DNA of 64,000 bases, taken from NCBI RefSeq assembly GCF_021869535.1, contig NW_026262701.1, positions 8,432,001 to 8,496,000 on the forward strand. Reading direction: 5' to 3'. The notes under the pieces were generated by a model. The model was not told the DNA's origin and did not search any database. It was given only the letters and a program-made list of their open reading frames with translations. Both the position numbers and the translations under genes were made by a program. Shown here piece after piece: positions 38,401-51,600 of the stretch. The first letter of the stretch is position 1; each line of letters begins with the position of its first letter. Origin of the DNA: Mytilus californianus (Eukaryota).

Positions 38401-41400
38401 AATCAATGTTTATATTAAGTTTATGCTAGTATTTGGAAAAAAAGAAGGCAGTGTGAAAGGCACTTGTAATATTACTCAACAAACATACAGAACAGAGTTT
38501 GTAGGTTAATTTAATTATTATTCATTGACCTAACATGGTCAGGGACCATCCTTTAAATGAGGGTGGTAAAAGGGGAGGGGGTCTGAACACGGAAACACGT
38601 GAAATAAAAATCGCAAAAAAGTTGCACGGAAAATAAAAATCGGGAAAAACGAAGCACGAGAAATAAAGTAGTAAATATTAAGGAAAAAAGTACTAGAAGT
38701 TATTACTCAGCCGTTCTTGGAGATCATGCAGTCATTATTAATGGACATGAAGAAACTGCGGTCGGGTTGCACTATGACAGGACGAATGACCGGATTTCGA
38801 CAGGATAATGACCGGATGAGATATAAATGGTCAGAACTGTTTTGTTATTTGGCAGATTGTTTTTTATATTTGGAGACCTTTGAGATTCTAAACTATGTTT
38901 TATGAAAATCTAAATAAAAAGTTAAAAAAAAAATTTTTGAGCAAAAGTTTCATGAAACTAAGAAATCTGCGAGATTAATTAATATTTTATATGACAATAA
39001 AAACTTTATAGTAAAAAAAAATGTTTTTCTACAAAAAAAATTGACCGGTTTACTTTTTAATCAAATGCGGGACAAGCACGAAACACGAAACACGGAAAAT
39101 AAATAAGGGGAAACACGAAGTACGCACATCGAACCAAACACGAGAAAACGAGAAATAAAACGTCAAAACACGAAAACACGTGAAATAAAAAGGCCGAAAA
39201 CGTTGCACGAAAATAACCCTTTACCACCCTCTTTAAATATATCTTTTTGTTTAAAAGACTTACTGCAAAAAGATACTGTTGTTGTTCAATGATTGTGTAT
39301 GGTATTTTTTTATGAATATAATTTCATTTTTAGCTCACTTTCCCATGGAAATGTGAGCTTTTGCCATCACTTGGCGTCCGTCGTCGTCTGGCGTCGTCCG
39401 TCGTCAGCCGTCCGGTGTAAACTATTTCAAACATCTTCATTTCTGAAACTACTGAACCAATTCCAACAAACTTAAGCTGAATGATCCTTAGGGTATCCAG
39501 AATAAAGTTTGTGTTTTATTTTCTGTTTCGTCAAAAAACATGGCCGCCATGGCTAAAAAAAGAACATAGGGGTAAAATGCAGTTTTTGGCTTATATCTCA
39601 AAAACTAAAGCATTTAGAGCAATTCTGACATGGGGGTTAAAGTGTTCATTAGGTGAAGTTCTACCAGCCCTTATATTTTAAGACGAATCTAATAACCCAT
39701 TGATGGGTTGCTGCCACTAAATTGTTAATTTTAAAGAAATTTTGCAGTTTTTGGTTATCTTGAATATTATTATAGATAAAGATAAACTGTAAACAGCAAA
39801 AATGTTCAGCAAAGTAAGATCTACAAATAAGTTTTATATGACCAAAATTGTCAATTGACCCCTTAAAGAGTTATTGCCCTTTAAGGACAATTTTACACAA
39901 TTTGTTTATCATGTTTTCTAACTTTAAAAAATCTTCTCCTCTGAAACAAGAAACATAGCCACTATGGCTAAAATAAAACATAGGAGTAAAATGCATTTTT
40001 TTTTGCTTTTGAAGAAAATATGACTGATACAAAGAACATTTAAATGGCATTTTAAGCAACTCATTTAAAATATATATTGAAAAGCAAAAATAATCATTGA
40101 TGAAAGATTTAAGCAAAAAATTACAAGTGAGCGATTCAGGCTCTTGAGAGCCTCTTGTTTTTATTATTATTGCTAAAATTCTTTACAGGTTTGTTCTAGG
40201 TATTGCACATGAGTGTGTCTTCCTGCGCTCTTTATGCCATTGCTATATATTCTGAAGTTAATCTATTCTGAAGTAAGGCAACCAATATTGGGGTATAGGA
40301 TGGCATGATTTCCTATTTAGTTCTTTGAGTTTGCTTTCAGTAACTATGAACATATTTGGATATGATATTGTTCACTATTGTTTTGTTTGTGGTTGTGTTT
40401 TTATTTTCTTTGTTATCATTATTATAGACTTAAATGATTTCCTCTTGCTGATTTTTATCTTATTTTATCATGCATATTTGAAAGTCCATTGATTGAAAGG
40501 CATAGGAGGACTGCGATCTTAAAAAATTGTATTCCCCCTCCATTGTTTTAACTTTTTTTGTCATATGGGGAATTTGTGTCTAGGGCAGACTTTTTTTTAT
40601 AGTCTTTGTGTTTAATTCATTCACAGATTTTTAAACTCGATGCGGTAAAAAAAGAGCTGGTATATTATTTTATATTATTATTTCCATATTTGAATTTTCC
40701 TTGGCGTTCGGTATTTTTTTGTTATTTTACTTTTTATTTATACTACTGTCTATTGTTGAAGACCGTATGCTGACCTCTATATTTCTTTATGGAACGTTGT
40801 ACTTTTGTCTTATTGATATGTACCCTACATAACCATAAACTTATGTGTAGATTATATAAGTGATTATTTCACTTTAAAAACTATATTTTATCACTTCAAC
40901 TGACGCTTTGATTATCAATTCTCAACATTTTCCGCCGGTGAATGCACTGTTTTATTGAAAATCAAAATCATTAAAATTATGGTAAAATTGAATATAAATG
41001 TATTTATTCTTTCTTTTTAGCTGTGCATTTGATCAAGCCAGATGTAAGGACAAACGTATACAAATAGATGCGGATTTTGGATGTTTGACGACACCCAACA
41101 AGATGTCATCTACAACATATGTTGCCATGACAACCAAAAGGGCAATTCCTACAACAACTACACAAAAACAAACAACTACTACTACAGCTCCAATGCCTAC
41201 AACAACACCTAAACCTACACGTGACCAGCTCGGACAATTGTTTTGTGATAACAAAGACATAGTTACATGTAGCTATGATCCAACGAAAGTTTGCGCCTCT
41301 AATGGAGTTACACACAAAAATAAGTAAGTTTGATATTATACTAAGGGGCGTCAGGCTATTTTATCTTCACAATATTACAGGAACATTTTGTGTCAAGGGT

Positions 41401-42540
41401 GGTTGAACACGTGGTGAGGTATACTGAGATGTGCGGGACGATGTATAATACCTTAAATTTTTCCGATTAGAAGTCAGTTATACATAGACAATAATAGTGC
41501 ATTGACTTGACATATCAACGATATAAGGATGAGGCTTAGAAACGGGGAAATGCGAGGCTCTGCCGAGCTTTTTCTCCGTTTCGGGCCGAATCCTTATATC
41601 GTTGATATGTCAAGTCAATGCACTATTATTGTCTTTATACTGCAATAAAAAAAATAAACATTTTCAATTGTTGTTTAATGTGTTAATGTTATTATTTAAT
41701 TTAAATATTGGGAAACTTCCCCCTTTTATAAAAAGGCCTCATATCATACAGGCAGAGAAATATACAACACAATGAAATGTACATTACCTGTTGAAACCCG
41801 CAATCGATGGTGAACGAATTTGTTTGAGAATGAACTAAAATATCAACAATAAGCATAAAACATAATGATTTATTATAGTTTGCAAACCAAAAATATTAAC
41901 AAGTGAAATATGTTCTTCTAAAAATTGCAAAAGAAATAAGTTTGAGTCGTTGTATACATTGGAAACAAGAACAGGTTGAATAGGTCGTATGAATAATTAA
42001 TTATAATTTCGGCAATTTCTATTTAAATATTCATGAGGAAAAGTGATATCAGGTCAGTGACTGTATATGACATAGAAATATACGGTCAACGCATTTTGAC
42101 TGCTCAAATAGAACGAGTGCAGTATAAATACATCTTAGCTGGTACTAACAATTGGAAAAACATATTATTGGTATTTCATTTGTCTGCCATTAGTGGGATA
42201 AACATTATCTTGCGTCACCACTAAACGCTTTGATGGAAATAAAGGTCCCATCGCCATAACTATGAAGTATAAAGTGCTTTCAAATAAAAAAAAAATAAAA
42301 ACGTTCGGTGATATACCAATGAAATAGAAAAGAAAGTTTCGTTAAATGAATAAATAAAAAGCTTCAGAAAAATCTGATATATATATATTGAATTAACATC
42401 ATAATAAATAAACTGGAAACGCTTTATTCATTTATTAATCTGAATCTAGCAATCTTACTTTTTTCCCTTTCAGTTGTGAATTTCAAAAGGCACAATGTGA
42501 CAACATCTGGCTATCAATAATACACACGGGTAGCTGTTGA
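35417..42540 (+). CDS. Gene B2: paralog of B1, secreted Kazal - short mucin linker - Kazal protein, ~179 aa, 4 coding exons
   Basis: Exons 35417-35444 (MTVLINLCI), 38249-38390 (VMSVICGVSA..CREIILLDC..VCDSNGNSYIN), 41021-41323 (FCAFDQARC..FCDNKDIVTCSYDPTKVCASNGVTHKN) and 42474-42540 (NCEFQKAQC..HTGSC*). Intron phases and the 28-nt first exon match B1. Confidence 0.88.
35717..35812. repeat. Imperfect palindrome in B2 intron 1
   Basis: TACTATC..CTATCCACAGCGGCCACT / AGTGGCCGCCGTGGCTAG..GATAGTA. Confidence 0.65.
36102..36233. mobile_element. Small foldback MITE-like element
   Basis: ~60-bp arms GATTGTACGAACGTGTCATTAGTCTAATGAGTCATTAAGTC / GACTTAATGACCAATTAGGCTAATGCCACTTTCGTACAACC. Confidence 0.7.
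36400..36497 (+). repeat. ~50-bp direct repeat x2
   Basis: TCTATCAATAAT..TATTGGGGAAAAGAGAAAGATTTGTTGGACAAAA occurs twice in tandem. Confidence 0.85.
38559..39231. mobile_element. MITE with GAGGGTGGTAAA TIRs and apparent 7-bp TSD (TTTAAAT), in B2 intron 2
   Basis: GAGGGTGGTAAAAGGG at 38559; CCCTTTACCACCCTC ending at 39231; TTTAAAT on both flanks; many subterminal CACG(A/G)AA repeats. Confidence 0.8.
39327..40160 (+). mobile_element. HINE/DINE-1-like non-autonomous Helentron element, apparently complete, in B2 intron 2
   Basis: 5' TTTTAGCTCAC..GTGAGCT, (CGTC)n microsatellite, 3' subTIR GTGAGCGA, hairpin AGGCTCTTGAGAGCCT, and CTTGTTTTT end. Confidence 0.8.
41484..42129 (+). mobile_element. Terminal-palindrome element, copy 1 (B2 intron 3)
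   Basis: 44-bp perfect arms AGACAATAATAGTGCATTGACTTGACATATCAACGATATAAGGA; near-identical copy at 61612-62225 with unrelated flanks; no TSD seen. Confidence 0.9.
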
Positions 42541-43399
42541 AAACAAAGCTTGGAAAAAGAATGCGATGAACGAAAATATTTCCAAAACAGTATCGTCCAA
42601 TAAAATTGGTCTCCAATACAGTATCGTCCAATAAAATTGATCAGATCACTTAATCAAAGCTTTACAATAACAAAAGTTCAAGAGATGTAAGATATATTGA
42701 AGAAATTAAAAAAATAAATGCTCAATAGAGATTGATTCCAGTTTCTTCGTCTGAGGATAAAGACTTGCCCGAAAAGGGCCTCGATTTAGCTGTGCAGGAT
42801 GTATAAAAACGCAATCGCGTCCGGTATGTCAAAATGTGGAAGCGAAATCCGTTGCGCTTGGGAAACAACGCAACAATTGTTTAAGGGTCCGTAAATGGTC
42901 CGTTTCAAAAAATAAGTGTTTCCTCTTTCCGACATACCATCTTTTCCACTGGAAGTCCAAATTTCTCGTCCTTCATCATGGTCAGCCCAATTTGAAAAGT
43001 TTGCATATTAGATAGGTTGCTAATTTCTTCTCGTTCTCAATATGCACGGAAACTTGTTTGAAGTAAAGCAAACAACAATCAGTACATGTACATAAAATAA
43101 AACATGAAGTAAAACAAACCACATCTTTTTAATATTGGTCCACTATCAAATCAGCAATGCAAAAGGAGAAAAACATTCAATTTCAAATTGCCGCCAGATT
43201 GGGCCTCTTTATGATCAGCGCAAATTTAAAAATTTCCTATGTACGTATGGTTAGGTCACATGTTTTGATTGTATGGTAGTTGTTTAAACCAAGTATGCAT
43301 GGAGAGACATGTGGACAGTTGGGTAGCTATTCAATTGTTTAAGAAAAATCACTGACAGCTGTGAATTATTCAAGCATAACATTCTTTGACTGTTAATAT

Positions 43400-44330
43400 A
43401 AACATAATGAGATGTGGTATGATTGCCAATGAGACAACTATCCACCAAATGACGTGCATATTTAGTATTAGCAATTATAGGTCACCGTTCGGCCTTCAAC
43501 AAACAGAAAAAACCCATACCGTATAGTAAGCTATAAAAGGCCCCGTAATAAAAAAATGTGAAACAATTCAAACGAGAAAACTAACGGTATTATTTATAAC
43601 AATCCAATTTACGAACATCAAATATGATATACGTCATATATACAATCTGTCGATACCTGTATAATGCACAAGGTCATGTTTTTCTCTGACTGTTTATGCC
43701 GTCTTTACACTAAATCCATTGGATGCTGGGTGCGTACTGATTGATATTTTAGTCTTAGATGCAGGATTTTTTTTTATTAGTTGTTATTGGCTTTGAACTA
43801 GCTGTCAGTAACTGCGGGTACTCTCAGATCTGTACTTAAAGTCTTTTTGGTGCGGGGATGTGCAAGTACCCTGCCACGTCCACTCTGTGTTTTTGTTAGA
43901 ATTATTTCTATTTGTATCCATCTGAAGAGTTAAGCCTTTTTTAACTGATTTTTATAGTTTGTTCTTATGTTGTATTATTACATCACTGTTTCATGTTCGG
44001 GGAGGGTTGGCGCCTTCAGGCTAGTTTAACCCCTCCACATTCTATACGTGCCTGTCCCAAGTTAGGAGCATGTAGTTCAGTGGTTTTCGTTTGCTGCTGT
44101 GTATCATATTTGTTTTTCGTTCATTATTTTGTACATAAATTAGGCCGTTATTTTTCGCGTTTGAATTGTTTTACATTTGTCATTTCGGGGCCTTTTTTTA
44201 GCGGACTATGCGGTATGGGTTTTGCTCATTGTTGAAGGCCATACGGTGACCTTTAGTTGTTTATTTCTGTGTTAATTGGCTCTTGTGTAGAGTTGTCTCA
44301 TTGGCAATCATATCACATCTTCTAAATTTT
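43400..44330. repeat. Two opposed copies of the AGATGTGGTATGATTGCC interspersed repeat family
   Basis: Plus copy ~43400-43620; minus copy ~43640-44330 (reverse complement of 19185-19810). Confidence 0.65.
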
Positions 44331-45139
44331 ATATTTTTCAATATATGTCTAGTTATGTTATATTTTTTTTTAAAAATCAAAAAAAAATCAATGTTAGTAG
44401 CGATAATGTCTAAAGATTTTACTACAGTGTTGAATTGATAACCTTAAAAATAAGTTTATTAAATTGGTCAATGAGTTTACATCGATCGTATTTAAATTTA
44501 CGGGATCTTTAAACCACATCACCATAAAAAGAAGAATATGATATCCCGTTTTTAGAAGAATTTTACAGATACAGCAAAACTACCTAACCAACTCTTTGTA
44601 TCTTTGAAATGCTTTAGTAAAAGTTTAAATTAATTTGTGATAACGAAATCCCTGACTTAATTATTTACCAGTTATACATGAATTATGTTAATTGAAATCT
44701 AAAACGCGACTACAGACACCGTACAAAGGGGCCAACAGCACATCATCGTCTAAAAACAGAAAATTTCCAATACGGAACGAAAATCGTCCCTTTTGTCGTT
44801 TATTTTTGTATACAGTTTCCCGTGTGAAACTGAAATATCCAAATCTAGAAAATTACAATTATTGGCTTGCTGTCTGTATTAGATTCATTTACAGTAAGCT
44901 TTTTTGGGGAATTTTCCACAGTGAAATTAGAAAATTCTCAATTATTTAAAGCAAAAATGTCATCAGAGTAACGGTAAATGTTTTAAAATTTATCCATTAC
45001 TGATCTTTACTGAGTTTGGTCATAAACTGTGATTCATAATAATACAGGAACAAGTCTGCTTTTAAAAGCGTAATTGGTGCCCATAGGAATGCCTACAATC
45101 TGTCGATAACTTAATTGCCGACACGTACATGAATGTTGT

Positions 45140-47190
45140 CATGTAAAAAATTACAGATTTAATCAACTCGTCACAGAAGGGAAAATGTGGATATATATAT
45201 ATACGTGTGGTACAAAAATGCAACGGCTCATGTTCAGTACAAAACAATTACTAGTAAAGTGTTTAAGATCGAACAAGGAGTCGGTCAAGGACGTGTAATG
45301 TCTGCTTGGCTTTTTTCACTTTTTATTAACGATATGAATTACCAGCTTATAGAGTCTAAGAGTGGATTGATCATTGAACATTTACATATTCCGTGTGTTC
45401 TTTTAGCAGATGACACTACCTTGTTGAGTAGCTCAAATAACGGATTACAAATACTTTTAAGTATTGTTCACGAATATGTACAAAGATGGAGACTTAAATA
45501 TAATGCTTTGAAAAGTAAATTTTTACTTTTTAGTCCCAAAAAATATATGCAAAAACCTGATTACGTGTTTTCATTCGGTGATGCTACAATTTTGATGAAT
45601 GCTACAGTTACTTATGCTGGAACTCTGCTAGACTGTTTGAGAAGAACTTTCGGAAGGACAGATATTGCTTGTAAGAAATTAAAGCCAAATTTGCATTCGC
45701 TGTATAATATTGGTGTGAATCCAAATGGCATGTCACCGATCGCAAATACCGTTATATGGAAGAAGAGTTATCCTTCCTTGTGCACTTTATGCCTGTGAAC
45801 TTTGGGGACATTTAAATTCAACGGAGATTGGAATGTTAGAACAAGCACAGAGATATTTCACACGTTTTATCAAAGATCACCAAATGACTCTTGTATAAGT
45901 AATTTAGATCTTTGGACAATAGAAGGTCTCAATGACAAATTTAAGATTTTATTTCTTGGTAAATTATGTAGAGCGTCTGTTACAACTACTCATAAGCAAC
46001 TGTTTAATTTACGACTCAGTCAAATACTCTGTGGGGAATTGGCGAAATCATCATTAACTTATGATCTTATACAAACTTTAGCGAAATATAATATGTTATC
46101 ATTCCTTGAAAGTTATATCGAGGAGGCATATATTCCAGATAAAAGACTTTGGTCCAAAATAGTTAGTCAGTCAACAACAATTTTTGAAGAAAATAGATGG
46201 ATACTGTCTGTTCAACGTCGACCGGAACTCAACCGTTATTTTAAAATAATTTAATTTTGGATGTAACGCGTCTTCTGATTGGCTGACGTTGTTTTGTTTA
46301 TCAGCTCATAGACATAATTTTGTCATGTGACCGTGACGTCATCAACGTTTTTTCATGGTTTACTACGGTTTAAAATGGAATTTATAATTAAATTATAAGA
46401 AATGACTGTAATATTTTGTCTGTCTATTCGAAATAACATAAAAAATGTGGTGCACACTTTAAAATAACCCGCTACGCGGGTTATTCAGTGTGCATCACAT
46501 TTTTGATGTTATTTCTTCATAGACAGAAAAAATATTACAGTCATTCCTTAAATACATTCTTGTCTTACAGATCATAGACTTGTCAGACTTTCAGCTACGG
46601 ACCCTTTTTTCACAAGAGGTCTTTTACTTCTAATTCGTTTAGGATCCGTTGCCATTGAGAGTGGACAATGTACTATATGTAATCATTATACTGATGATAT
46701 TGTAAAACACTTAATTCTAAATTGTGAAAATACTATAATATTCTAAATGAAATGTTCAATGCGATAGTCGACTTATTGTCGGTACAAGATTCTGTAGGAC
46801 TATTTCAGCAGGACGAAGACGATATGCTTGTGACATTACTTGGTGGAGTAAATGATTATGTAAAACAACTGAACTCTGATGTGTGGAAACAATTGATGCT
46901 GTGCTTAGCGGGTCATATGTTGAAATTGTACAATCACTTCAAAAGTGTTTTATTTTACCATAATTTTAATTTTGGTCACTAAATCGGCAAAGTTGTATGT
47001 GCATTTGTTCTCTATTTTTTGTATTTATTATGTGTTGGACATTATAATCATCATGTAGTGTAATGACCTTATTGTCATATTGTGTTCATAATATTTTGTA
47101 TATAGCTTGTTAATTTCCTTTTGTATGTATTAACTATATGTCAGTCTTCATATATTGGAGTAAATAAAGACAATCAATCAATCAATCAAT
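45140..47190 (+). mobile_element. 5'-truncated non-LTR retrotransposon (LINE): RT, C-terminal CCHC knuckle, 3' UTR and (CAAT)n tail; frameshifted
   Basis: ORF 45187-45798 contains GVGQGRVMSAWLFSLFIND and LLADDTTL; LYACELWG lies in an adjacent frame; CTICNHYTDDIVKHLILNC at ~46670-46725; ends AATAAAGACAATCAATCAATCAATCAAT at ~47190. Confidence 0.9.
46249..46554 (-). mobile_element. Terminal-palindrome element (306 bp) inserted in the LINE ORF
   Basis: ~75-bp arms at 46390-46553 around CCCGCTACGCGGG. Removing 46249-46554 joins YFKI to HSCLTDH in frame. No clear TSD. Confidence 0.85.
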
Positions 47191-48676
47191 TAGGGTTCTT
47201 TCAAATGCTGAATCTAAACCTGTATTTAAATTTTGGATTTTTGGGCCCAGTTTTCAAGTTGGTCAAAATCAGGGTCCAAAATAAAACTTTGTTTGATTTC
47301 ATCAAAACTTGAATTCTTGGGGTTCTTTGATATGCTGATTCTAACAATGCACTTAGATTTTGGATATTGTACCATAAAAGGTAAATGTCCAATTTCAAAT
47401 TTTTCAGTTCTTTGGCCACATTCATTTTGTGTCACAAACCTATGCTGTGTCAAATATTCAATCACAATCCAAATTCAGAGCTGTTTTAATCTTAAATGTT
47501 GTGTCCATACTTGCTCAACTGTTCAGGGTTCGACCTATGGAGAAAAATCCGGTTTGCTGTCACTCTGACAGCCTCTTGTTACAGGTGATCTTATGTTGTG
47601 CTGTTAACCCACTGTCCAAGGTTAGGAGAGGTTTGAGCATATGCCTGTTCCAAGTCAGAAACCTGTCAGTGGTTGTTGTTGGTAGGTGTCTGTGATATTT
47701 GTTTTTCGTTTATTGTTTTGTTATAGATCAGGCCGTTGGTTTTATCGTTTTTTTTTCTTACATTTTGTCATGTCGAGGCTTACATTTTGTCATGTCGAGG
47801 CTTTTTATAGCTGACTATACGGTATGGGTTTGTGTCATTGTCGAAGGTCGTACGGTGACCTATAGTTGCTTAACTCCTCTTCAGTTAAACTATATTGGAT
47901 AGTTGTCTCATTGACAATAATACCATATCTCCTTATTTAATATATTCTATCACGCAGAGAAAATGATATGTGCTCATACATTTTGGAGTGCAAAATACTA
48001 GATACATAACACTTTTATTATAACTTGTAGTATACAAGCAGGTTCACAAAACACTACATAGAAAACCAAAGACAGAGCAACAGAAATCCACAAACACCGG
48101 GTGTTAAATGGTGTTTAATGTATTCAGTTCTTCATAAAAACATTCGTTACTATTCGTTTACCAACATTTCACGAGTACAAGATGACAGGATTACAAACTG
48201 TAGTTATACCATTCAGTGCATATGACTTAAGCCAGGAATCAGACGTTCAGTTTTTTATTGTAATGTTTACGGTACTTTGATTATAGAAAGATTTCGATCT
48301 TGTTCTAAGGTCTTTTTCAAATGACCTGATTGGTTACCGTTGGTTATCCATATGTATTTCCGCCCATAATTAATGTGTTCTTTTAAAGTCGTATACTGTC
48401 TCGTGAATTTCTACCTTTTATCTGGTATACTATATATAAAACTAACACTATGTTTTGTTTATATAAATTACACTGCACCAGACGGAAAAGATGCTTAATA
48501 TCCGTCGTGTTTACCTCGAACAATCCACTCGGGATCTCGTAGAACATGGTACTTGGCAGTAAGTTGCAAATATTCATTAATGTCAGAACTAGGAAGACGT
48601 TATCTTCATTTTTGGTGTCGACACAACTTTATTAGTGAAATCCAAAATAATTTAATATATATAATAATGTCAGATT

Positions 48677-51600
48677 CTACAAATAATAGCATTTGCGGAC
48701 AACAATTTGATCCCCTTGTTTTGTCCTTTCGTAAGACGGTTTAGGTGTTTTATACTTCTTGTGTCGTTTTGGTTTAGAGACTGTAGGTTTGTCACGAGGG
48801 TCTATATTTGATGATTTAGCAATTATTGTACTTCCAAAACTAAGTTCGTCATCAAATGACGGATATAACTGGTCGTTGGATATAGTTGTTGTATTTTCCG
48901 GAGATAAGTAAACACCTGTGTCTTTCAACGTGTAGTTAAGCTTTCTCCTGGTACTCTTCAAGGGAAGATAACTACTGACATACGACAGTGTATCTTCGTT
49001 GTCATCAAGATTATAACTTTTGGCTACAGATCCAACAATGTCATTTTTCGACTTAAGTGATGCCTGCAGATTATCATAACACTCTGTCGAACGATAATAG
49101 TTCTGTAAACTACATACACTGGTTCTTGATTTCTGTTTCCGGTAAGCTACCATGCGTCCGCTATCCGAATTTGATCTCTGTAAGGTAGCATGATCTCCAA
49201 TCTTTGGTATCTCATTTCCGTTAGGGACCTCATTTGTACCTTGAATTAATCTTGTCATACTAGTTTTTATTCTTGTTTTACCATATCGGATAGACAGTTC
49301 ATCTTCGGTGCTAGTTGCCTCGGACAAATCGACATCGAGGCCACTGTCAAGTTTAAATTCGGATAAATCGACATCGAACTCGCCATCCAATTTGAAATCT
49401 TTTTCCGACATACTTTTAAGTGTCTGTTTTGCTGTTTGCAAGTTCATTTCCAAATTCGATAATTTAGATGCTTTCTGAAAAATTAGTAATGAATAAAATA
49501 AAAATACAAAACGGTTCTAGAACTAATTTGGTTATTTCTTTAAAGAACACACAGTTTCAAAAATAGATAGATGATAAATTTTATTTAAATACATTCGATG
49601 TTAACGTGACGAATACAATAAACTTTGTCCAAAGCGGTATGTAAAAATAAGTAATTTTTGTATATTCTAATAAATCTAAACTTCTAACGAAATTCCATAG
49701 ATTAAATGAAAAAGTGAGGCGAACGATATTCAAACTTATAAGTCGAAAACAAACTGACAACGCCTTAACAAAAACGAAAAACGACGTAAAGACAAACAAC
49801 AGTACAAAAAACACAACATAGTTTTTGTGTTGTATGTCTCATTGACGTATATCCTACATCTCCTTTCATGAATATCATCAATAATATGTTTTATACTCTA
49901 TTAACGATTACCTCAGTCAAAGACTTTTTAAGAGCTCTGTTTTCTGCAATAAGTTGGTACATTTCCTCTTCCGAGTTTAGCCCTCCATATTCATAAACTG
50001 ATGTTGACAGACGAACGGGATTCTCAATTGGAGTCTTCCACCAATACAGAACCTAAAATATTGAAATTGATTTTATGAAAGCTGATTTTTGTGTTCAACA
50101 TTTTTTATATGATTAGAAGCTGAAAGATAAAACTGTAACGTATATGAATTTAATGGTGTATATTAAAATGGATAAAAAAAATTCTTTGATATTGTATTTT
50201 TATCATGATAAGAACATTATAATCAGAAGCATATATTTCCGATCTTGCGTGTATGTCCGAGGTTCATGTAATAGGTACCTTTACTGAATATTTTATAACA
50301 CAAAAAGAATAAATAAACGACAAATTAGAAATGCACATAGACGGCTATATAACTGACCTGTAGACAAATCTATATGAAAAGGCTTACAAAGAAAAGTACA
50401 TGATATATAGAAATGATAAAGATTTGTAAAATGCATCTCAAGGGTTGACTGGGGAATAGAAATAGGGTTATCCATTAGACTTCTCTCGTTCCAGTAGTAC
50501 AACCCTTGCTTAAGTGGGCGTCTGTTTGGCTGTAAGGGATGTATAAATATGCAGTCAAGTTTCGGTCTGAATTGGACATTAGATCCGATGCCTCGTGAAG
50601 AGAGAGTGCCATGCACTTTGCAGATGAAACAGCTTTCTGAGGGGCCCGTAGGTGACCTGTTGCAAGGCAAAATGTCTGTCCCCATCAAACATACATTTAT
50701 TTTCAAGTGGCAGTCCAAATTGTTCGTCCTTCATTCCGGGCGACACCTTCTTTGCAGAACATACCTTTATTATTAATTGTTATAATTTGTTTTAAGGCCT
50801 GAAAATGCATGAAATATTTGCCACTGAACGTAAAGCAAACAATAATCAACCAACCAATAAAACAAATGCAGTGTAAGAACCAGACGTTTACATGTTAATA
50901 GGATTATAATTGGAAGTCTTACCTTTGGCAAAAATACGGTTATTTGAATAATCACACAACAAATGGTTATCGATAATATATGGAGAACATAAACTGCATC
51001 CGGGTCGTGACGTAATAATGATGACAAAACAACAACTAATGATGTAATAGACATGCTGAAAATAACACTGATAATGATACTTGGTGAATCTTTCATTGGA
51101 GGCAACAAGACGTTTCTCGTTTTCCAGGCTATATAAAGTCCATAGGAAAATATAAGCGACTTCCAGATAAAGATGAGGCTAAGCCATACGTCTACCCTTC
51201 CACACGTGCATTCTTGAATATAACCAAGATCATGAAGACTCTGTGTGTTGTTTGTATATGATTTCTGAAAGAGATTTAAGTAAACTGATTGTTAATAAAC
51301 AGAAAAACTCGCTAAGAAATTACAAACAAAATGATGATAACAAAAATCAATTATAAGCAAAACCAGTTGTATGTTTACGTTTATTTTACATACCTTTCAT
51401 AAGTTGCATCATTTAACAAATTTCAATGGATAGTTGGAGAAATAGTCGTTCGAAAAGTAGAATTTACATATCTTCGAAAAGTAAAATTTACATATCTACG
51501 AAAAGTAAAATTTACTTATCTTCGAAAAGTAAAATTTAAATATCTTCGAAAATACAACTAGATGGACAACAAAACTTAAGTGACCTGCAAATTTATCTCG

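Noticed and set aside
42033-42224. Near-identical short ORFs MRKSDIRSVTVYDIEIYG at 42033 and 62129 as a duplicated peptide gene
   Set aside because: The identity comes from the repeated element; the ORFs diverge exactly at the element end.
48677-49453. 258-aa ORF as a stand-alone gene
   Set aside because: It has a splice acceptor at 49475-49476 and continues the GPCR frame, so it is the last exon of gene C.
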